The translations under genes and the position numbers were made by a program. Under the pieces are notes generated by a model. That model saw only the letters and a program-made list of their open reading frames with translations. It was not told the origin of the DNA and did no database searches. Shown here one piece after another: positions 58,209 through 64,000 of a stretch of DNA of 64,000 nucleotides. Within the stretch, counting starts at the first letter, position 1, and every line of letters starts with the position of its first letter. Origin of the DNA: Candidatus Moraniibacteriota bacterium (lineage in GTDB: Bacteria; Patescibacteriota; Minisyncoccia; Moranbacterales; UBA1568); contig JAQTYF010000001.1 of NCBI GenBank assembly GCA_028688415.1, positions 208,627 to 272,626 on the forward strand. Direction: 5' to 3'.

Positions 58209-60101
58209 TCATGCCGGAAAGTATTCCTCAAACCAGAGTTCGAGGGTGAGAAGTGCCCAAATATGAGGTGAGAAGTTTATATTCGTATTGCAGTGTTGGT
58301 CGAGAATGTGTTGGATGTATTCTTTTTTGAGAAGACCGTCTTTTACGAGACGACCATCAAGAAGTTTCTCTCTCGTATAGTCTTTGAGTTCATTGCGAAA
58401 CCAATGGGCAATCGGAATACCAAATCCCATCTTTGGTCGAAACATCACCTCATCGGGGATGAGGCCTCGTAACGCTTCTTTGAGAATATACTTTTTGTTA
58501 TTGAGACCCTTGAGCTTCAAGTGAAATGGTATTTGTGCTGTAAGTTCGAGGAATTCATGATCCAAAAAAGGGGAGCGTCCTTCGAGAGATACTGCCATTG
58601 TGGCAATATCGACTTTTGTCATAAGATCTTCTGGAAGATATGTTATAAAATCAGCATAGACAGCTTGTTCTGTCCGATTTTTCGAACCTGATTTTCTGAA
58701 TTCTCGAGCAATGATGTCGTATGTATCCTGATCCCAGACTTTTTTCTTGAACTCATCCGTATAAAGCGCGGACTTTTGTTCGTTTGTGAAATAGGCCGTG
58801 TAAGAAAGGTAGCGCCTGCGATAATCATCAGAAATACTTTTTGAGAAACGATGGAGTCGATCGAAAAATGTATTTTTTATACTGTTTTTGAGAAAGCGTG
58901 TTATCGGTTCTCCAAATAATTTATTGAGAATATTAAAGTGATCTAGGAGAGTGGATATTTGAAAAGCACTATACCTACTATACCCAGCAAAGTTTTCATC
59001 GCCCCCATCACCATTGAGAGCGACTGTGACGTGTGCTCGGGTAAGCTTGGCAACATAATAGGTCGGAAGAGCGCTGGAATCGGCATAAGGTTCCTCGTAT
59101 TGCTTGACGAGCATCGGAAGGAGATGGATAGCATCAGGCTTTACGATGAATTCGGTATGATCCGTTTTGAACTTGTCCGCAATTATTTTTGCGTATTTCA
59201 GTTCGTTGAATTTTTCTTCATCAAAGCCTATGGAAAATGTTTTTATCGGAGTAGGGGAATTCTTGGCCATCAGGGCAACGATGGCACTGGAATCAATACC
59301 GCCAGAGAGGAATGCACCGATAGGAACATCAGAAATCATACGAAGTCTGACAGACTCATCGAGTTTATCAATGACGCGTTTCTTCCATTCTTCTTCAGAA
59401 AGATCAAGTTTTTTGGAATAGTCGAGTTTCCAGTATGACTCGTTCTCTACTTTTTTTGTTTTGAGATCGATGAAGAGATAGTGGGCTGGCTGGAGCTTCT
59501 TGATACCGACGAATCCAGTGAGTGGTGCTGGAACGTACTGAAGCGTCAAATAATGATGTATAGCGACGTAGTCAGGCTCCTTGTGGTATTCGGGCTGAGT
59601 CAGGATGGCTTTGAGCTCTGAAGCGAATAGAAAGACATTCTCGTCTATGTAATATTTGAAGGGCTTTTTGCCAACTCGGTCCCGAGTACAAAAGAGTGTT
59701 TGTTCTTGTTCATCGTAGATAGCAAAAGCAAACATACCTCTCAGATGCTTCACACATTCTTTTCCGTATTTGTCATAGAGAGCGAGAATCACTTCTGTAT
59801 CGGAATGAGAAACAAAAGTGTACCCTTCTTTTTCAAGTAAATCTCTCTTTTCTTGGAAGTTATAGATTTCTCCATTGAAAACAATTTCGTACCGATCCAT
59901 ATAGCGCATCGGCTGATGACCGAGTGGAGAGAGGTCGATGATAGAGAGTCTCCTATGACCGAGACCTACTTTGTTATCAGGAGAAATATATGCACCGCCA
60001 TCATCGGGACCACGATGTTTGATAGCATTATTCATCGTCTCAATTTCTTGAGGCGTGATGTCTTTTTTGTTGAATGAGATTTTACCAGTGATTCCGCACA
60101 T
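58209..60101 (-). CDS. asnB: asparagine synthase (glutamine-hydrolysing) family amidotransferase
   Basis: N-terminal MCGITG Ntn nucleophile, SGGIDSS PP-loop, ~630 aa. Confidence 0.85.
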   Translation of the reverse strand: MCGITGKISFNKKDITPQEIETMNNAIKHRGPDDGGAYISPDNKVGLGHRRLSIIDLSPLGHQPMRYMDRYEIVFNGEIYNFQEKRDLLEKEGYTFVSHSDTEVILALYDKYGKECVKHLRGMFAFAIYDEQEQTLFCTRDRVGKKPFKYYIDENVFLFASELKAILTQPEYHKEPDYVAIHHYLTLQYVPAPLTGFVGIKKLQPAHYLFIDLKTKKVENESYWKLDYSKKLDLSEEEWKKRVIDKLDESVRLRMISDVPIGAFLSGGIDSSAIVALMAKNSPTPIKTFSIGFDEEKFNELKYAKIIADKFKTDHTEFIVKPDAIHLLPMLVKQYEEPYADSSALPTYYVAKLTRAHVTVALNGDGGDENFAGYSRYSAFQISTLLDHFNILNKLFGEPITRFLKNSIKNTFFDRLHRFSKSISDDYRRRYLSYTAYFTNEQKSALYTDEFKKKVWDQDTYDIIAREFRKSGSKNRTEQAVYADFITYLPEDLMTKVDIATMAVSLEGRSPFLDHEFLELTAQIPFHLKLKGLNNKKYILKEALRGLIPDEVMFRPKMGFGIPIAHWFRNELKDYTREKLLDGRLVKDGLLKKEYIQHILDQHCNTNINFSPHIWALLTLELWFEEYFPA

Positions 60102-60149
60102 AAGACAGTCAACAAATAACAATTAACAGAAAGTAATCAAAAAAGTACG

Positions 60150-61328
60150 TTATTTCTTATTATCGAGGAGTTTGGAGAAAATTTCAAGGTATTGATTGAT
60201 TGCGTGGTCCCAAGAAAATTTATTTTTTACTTCTTGGTAAGCATTTTGACCAAAGAGGATTCGTTTCTCAGGATGATCGATCAAGTCAGTAAGTTTTTCT
60301 CTGAGTTGCTCGATATTCTTTGGTTCGATAAGATAACCATCGCCGTTTCCAGAAATAACTTCTGACGTACCACCCACATTGGTAGCGATTATAGCTTTCT
60401 GGCAAAGCGCTGATTCAGTGACAGATGTCGGGAGGCCTTCGGTATAGCTTGGATTGACGACGATATCGGCAGTTTTCAGAACACTAATAGCTTCATCAAA
60501 GGGGAGGTTGCCGAAAAAAACTATTTGATCTTCGAGATTATAGGTAGTTGCCATTTTTTTTAATCTCATTTCTTCTGGGCCACCGCCAATAATGAAGGTG
60601 ACGATGTTATTTCGCTTCATTTGAGCGATGGCGGTGATGAGATCATGTGCCCCTTTGCCATCGATCAGTCGTCCGATAAATGCGATGATGGTTTTGTCTT
60701 GATATTTTTCCTTCAAGTCTCGGTGAAGTATGCATTTTTCTATTCCTGCGATATTAGCACCGCGATAAATCACACTACAATCATTTCTTCCAGAAAGTTT
60801 CCGTACGAAATCAGCTGAAGCAGAGGAATTGCCAATGACACAATTGGCCGATCGGAGAATACAACGTCCGAATGTCCAATCGTAGAATTTGGCAAGTAGA
60901 GTTTTTATACTTCCATTGAATTGAGCAAAATCGGAACCATGCTCGATGTGGACAAGGGGAATATTATTTTTCCGTGCGTATCGAAGAGCCATCAGAGAAG
61001 GGAAAAAGAATCGGGTACGAGAAATGATGATATCGTAATTTTCATCAGAAAGAGAATTCCATCTTTGCCAAAAATTCGTTTGCCAGAATTTTGGTATCGG
61101 ATAATTGTGAATGGGTTCGAAAGCGGAGAAACGGATTATTTTGACATCGTTATGATGAATTTCGGTTTCTGGAGCATCCTCTGGCAGACGTGGGGTGAAA
61201 ACAGAAAGAGTCACATTTCTTTGTGAAAGATGTTTGTTAAATTCATCGCTATGACTCTCGAGTCCACCGATATGTGGTGGATAGAATGGCGAGAAGATAA
61301 GGATTTTTTTTACTGGATAATTTTCCAT
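60150..61328 (-). CDS. glycosyltransferase family 4
   Basis: NPSYTEGLPTSVTESALCQKAIIATNVGG motif. Confidence 0.75.
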   Translation of the reverse strand: MENYPVKKILIFSPFYPPHIGGLESHSDEFNKHLSQRNVTLSVFTPRLPEDAPETEIHHNDVKIIRFSAFEPIHNYPIPKFWQTNFWQRWNSLSDENYDIIISRTRFFFPSLMALRYARKNNIPLVHIEHGSDFAQFNGSIKTLLAKFYDWTFGRCILRSANCVIGNSSASADFVRKLSGRNDCSVIYRGANIAGIEKCILHRDLKEKYQDKTIIAFIGRLIDGKGAHDLITAIAQMKRNNIVTFIIGGGPEEMRLKKMATTYNLEDQIVFFGNLPFDEAISVLKTADIVVNPSYTEGLPTSVTESALCQKAIIATNVGGTSEVISGNGDGYLIEPKNIEQLREKLTDLIDHPEKRILFGQNAYQEVKNKFSWDHAINQYLEIFSKLLDNKK

Positions 61329-63388
61329 ATATAAATATGATTTGCTTCATCAGAATAGACTTTTTCGAAATAATCAGATTGTTGATTAAAAATAATATGT
61401 TTTTCTTTGTTTTCGAATTTTTTCATATATGGGCGATCGACATAGGGATTTTTTTCACTCGGAGCGGCATAGTAAATATAGTAGGATTTATTCTTACTTA
61501 CCATTTCTTCTGTCGTGTTTTTTGCTTGTTCTATCAGTTCTATCTGACTGAGAATATTTCGTGCCACTTGGACGTTTGATGTCACGTTTTCTGTGTCGAT
61601 ATTTTCGACGGTTGTCTTGAGTGATTCAATAGCTTTCTTCTGATCCGCTTCAGAAAACGGAATTTGTCGACTTTTAAATTCACTCTCGAATACCGTCTCA
61701 TCGAATAAGAAATTTGGGTCCCCGACTTTGATAACTGATGATCCTGAGAAAAAACTCAGCAATCGGCCACTTTCGACGGTGAAGATGGTTCGATTATTGG
61801 GAAGATTTGTATTGATCCACTCAGCAGAAACGAGCTGTGGTTCGGTAATCATATATTTTTTGAGTGTATTGATATATATGGCCGCAGCGATATTGGCAGA
61901 AAATCCGAGAATGATAATCCAGAGAAAAAATTGATTTTTTCCTATAGGAAGAGAGAATAAAGGAATCAGAAAAAAGAGCGCTATCGTTCCGGCGAATACC
62001 CAAGCCCGATCCGGAAGGAGAGCGATACCTGTAAGACGTGGGAGAATCTCTGCGATGATGAAAAAAACGAGAAATATGCATGTGAGTACCTTACCTTCTT
62101 GAGAAAAAAGAAATGATCGTACAATTTTGTTTTTGATAAAATAGAGTAGTGTCACAAAGGTAAGAAGAAGGGGTGGTCCGATGTAAAAAAGATAATATTT
62201 GGCGACACCGAAGAAATCGCCCCAGCCCATCTGATTGCCATCGATATTCACATAATACTGCGGGAAAAGGAGATTCGGTTGTGAATTCAGGAGAGCAGAG
62301 AGTAGTGATTCGATGTGAGAAAAGATGAAAAGAATCGGGCTGTAAAAAGCTGGCAAAGTGATAAAGAGAAGCAGGAATGTGGTGAGTCTGTTTTCTCTGA
62401 CTTTCTGAAAGATTTCTCGTCGGTAATTCCAGAGAGAAAAAAGAATCCAGAGAGCAAGTGGAATAGCGAGTGCTTCGTGGTAAAAAAAACTGAAAAAAAG
62501 AACGGCACCGCCAAGAAAGTAAAAGAAGGTATTTCCAGTAATCAGCGAGTACGTAAGAAAAGCAAAAAAGAAAAATAGTCCAATATTCGCGAGAGCTTGC
62601 GGAATAGGGAGAGTGAGATAAATAACGGTAATGCCGCTTGCAAAAGGAAAGAAAAAAACGATTACTTTTTGTAATGGATGTGAGAATTTTTGTGCAAGTA
62701 GCGCTGTAGGGAAGATGAGAAAGAGAAGAAGTGCTGGAAGAACATATTTGAAATAAGCATAAAAATCAATATGCGCTCCTTGGGTGAAGATGTGTGTGAG
62801 AGATGAGAAAAGCGGACGATGTCCATTGAGTGTTGTTATGGTTTCTGTCTGAAGTTGTGTGCGATATTCAGTTATCCAATAATAGGGGTCGAGGTCTGGA
62901 AGTGGATAATAGGCGGTGATAATGCTGATAACGACGGTAATGTAGAGAATGAATGGTGGGAGAAAATTCTTCGAGAAAAATGTGCCCAACAAATCCTTAT
63001 TATTCAATGGAAATTCTTGGATACTTTCGAGATTTCTTTTTTTATGAAAAAAATATATTCTAGCAATGATGATGAAGATAAGCAAAGCAGTAATGAAAGG
63101 GAGATAAGGAATTAGTGTCTTCAATTCCGTGTATTCGATCGTGAGCAGGAAAGGGAGTAAAAAGAGGGAAAAAACGAGAGCGATATTTATAAATTCGAGA
63201 AGAGAAAACTTTTTTTTCAAGAAATATTGAATGAGAAATGCTAAATTTATTCCTGGGAGAAAAAGAATAAAAGAAAGTTCTATGAAAGATCGAATAATCC
63301 TTGTCGCTGTGAAAGTATCAAGTGGGAGAAAAAAAATAACACAAAAAAGAAAAAGAAAAACAAGATTTATTCGAATAATCCAAGGCAT
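61310..63388 (-). CDS. large polytopic membrane protein, GT-C/YfhO-like or polymerase-like
   Basis: 692 aa with more than 14 TM segments and a C-terminal soluble domain. Sits next to DUF2304 and GT2, the arrangement of three-component membrane glycosylation systems. Confidence 0.45.
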   Translation of the reverse strand: MPWIIRINLVFLFLFCVIFFLPLDTFTATRIIRSFIELSFILFLPGINLAFLIQYFLKKKFSLLEFINIALVFSLFLLPFLLTIEYTELKTLIPYLPFITALLIFIIIARIYFFHKKRNLESIQEFPLNNKDLLGTFFSKNFLPPFILYITVVISIITAYYPLPDLDPYYWITEYRTQLQTETITTLNGHRPLFSSLTHIFTQGAHIDFYAYFKYVLPALLLFLIFPTALLAQKFSHPLQKVIVFFFPFASGITVIYLTLPIPQALANIGLFFFFAFLTYSLITGNTFFYFLGGAVLFFSFFYHEALAIPLALWILFSLWNYRREIFQKVRENRLTTFLLLFITLPAFYSPILFIFSHIESLLSALLNSQPNLLFPQYYVNIDGNQMGWGDFFGVAKYYLFYIGPPLLLTFVTLLYFIKNKIVRSFLFSQEGKVLTCIFLVFFIIAEILPRLTGIALLPDRAWVFAGTIALFFLIPLFSLPIGKNQFFLWIIILGFSANIAAAIYINTLKKYMITEPQLVSAEWINTNLPNNRTIFTVESGRLLSFFSGSSVIKVGDPNFLFDETVFESEFKSRQIPFSEADQKKAIESLKTTVENIDTENVTSNVQVARNILSQIELIEQAKNTTEEMVSKNKSYYIYYAAPSEKNPYVDRPYMKKFENKEKHIIFNQQSDYFEKVYSDEANHIYIWKIIQ

Positions 63389-63391
63389 AAT

Positions 63392-63787
63392 TTAGTTCTC
63401 TGTTTTTTGAATTCCTTCGTCTGACAAGGCGCGATTGCGTGTAACGACAGAAATCTGCTGTTCGAGATGTTCGATGGCGGAGAGGAGTTTGAACATCATA
63501 AGGAAAACAAGGATAAATCCAGTGAGAATAACGGCATTGATATTGCCTTCGATACCGATGATATTGGCCAATGTATTACTGAAAGTAGGAAAAAGAACGA
63601 TAAATACCATACCTCCCCAGACAATAAGTCTCGTCCCTACTTTGAGAAGCGTTTGATTGCCTTTTCCTCGAAGAAAATTGCTTACTCCCTGATAGATCAT
63701 CACTCCAGAGATGATGAGGATGATGATTTGATAAAACTGAAGACTATTGAAATCCATAGTTGTGTATATTAAGAGATAATATTCCAA
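63392..63787 (-). CDS. DUF2304 family membrane protein
   Basis: ~131 aa, 4 TM, the typical partner of a GtrB-like GT2. Confidence 0.55.
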   Translation of the reverse strand: MEYYLLIYTTMDFNSLQFYQIIILIISGVMIYQGVSNFLRGKGNQTLLKVGTRLIVWGGMVFIVLFPTFSNTLANIIGIEGNINAVILTGFILVFLMMFKLLSAIEHLEQQISVVTRNRALSDEGIQKTEN

Positions 63788-64000
63788 ATGATTTTGTAGA
63801 GTGTCTTGATACCGTTTATGAAGCCTTGTTTTTGAATTTTTCCCATCGAATACTCCGTATAGCGGACTTCGATAGGCACCTCTGTATATTTTAGCTTATA
63901 AATGTAGATTTCGCGAATAACTTCGCTGTCGTACTCATAACGGTCGGTTTTCGTATTGATGAGTTCGGAAGCGTGACGAGAATAGGCTCGAAATCCTGAT
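63768..64000 (-). CDS. glycosyltransferase family 2 (GtrB/DPM1-like), C-terminal fragment running off the window
   Basis: Minus-strand frame reads ...SGFRAYSRHASELINTKTDRYEYDSEVIREIYIYKLKYTEVPIEVRYTEYSMGKIQKQGFINGIKTLYKIIWNIIS then stop. This is a typical GT2 C-terminal region. The start lies beyond 64000. Confidence 0.5.

Overview
Low-GC bacterial window, possibly from a small-genome lineage such as CPR/Patescibacteria (not established). It has three parts. (1) A housekeeping stretch (1-12.9 kb): engB, glgC, a YggT-like gene, a DsbA-like gene, tRNA-Thr, prfB with its canonical +1 programmed frameshift (CTT TGA C), ftsE, ftsX, a small RelA/SpoT-type HD hydrolase and tRNA-Gln. (2) An ~13.5 kb integrated element inserted at the 3' end of tRNA-Gln (about 12878-26379). 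It is bounded by a 13-bp direct repeat (CACCCCAGCATTG) and carries a large serine recombinase, an excisionase-family HTH, a replisome-organizer-like HTH and an iteron/palindrome/AT-rich putative origin. Its cargo is a defense island: a NucS-like PD-(D/E)xK nuclease + N6-adenine MTase + DUF262-HNH nuclease operon, followed by a divergent DUF4297-like gene + HerA ATPase pair, plus two uncharacterised downstream genes. A ~1.3 kb GC-rich, pyrimidine-skewed non-coding region with nested inverted repeats lies next to the recombinase. Degenerate copies of the tRNA-Gln 3' end just past the right boundary suggest repeated use of this integration site. (3) An accessory region (26.5-64 kb): stress and detox genes (pyrophosphatase, NUDIX, pirin, peroxiredoxin), two Fic/Doc-family proteins (one fused to RhuM), a giant secreted beta-helix/lipase-like protein, an AbiEi/AbiEii pair, and a large glycan-biosynthesis cluster (Wzx flippase, nucleotide-sugar precursor enzymes including a bifunctional nucleotidyltransferase-kinase, one C-methyltransferase and four SAM methyltransferases, five glycosyltransferases, an AsnB-type amidotransferase, DUF2304 and a large GT-C/polymerase-like membrane protein). 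No rRNA and no CRISPR array were seen.
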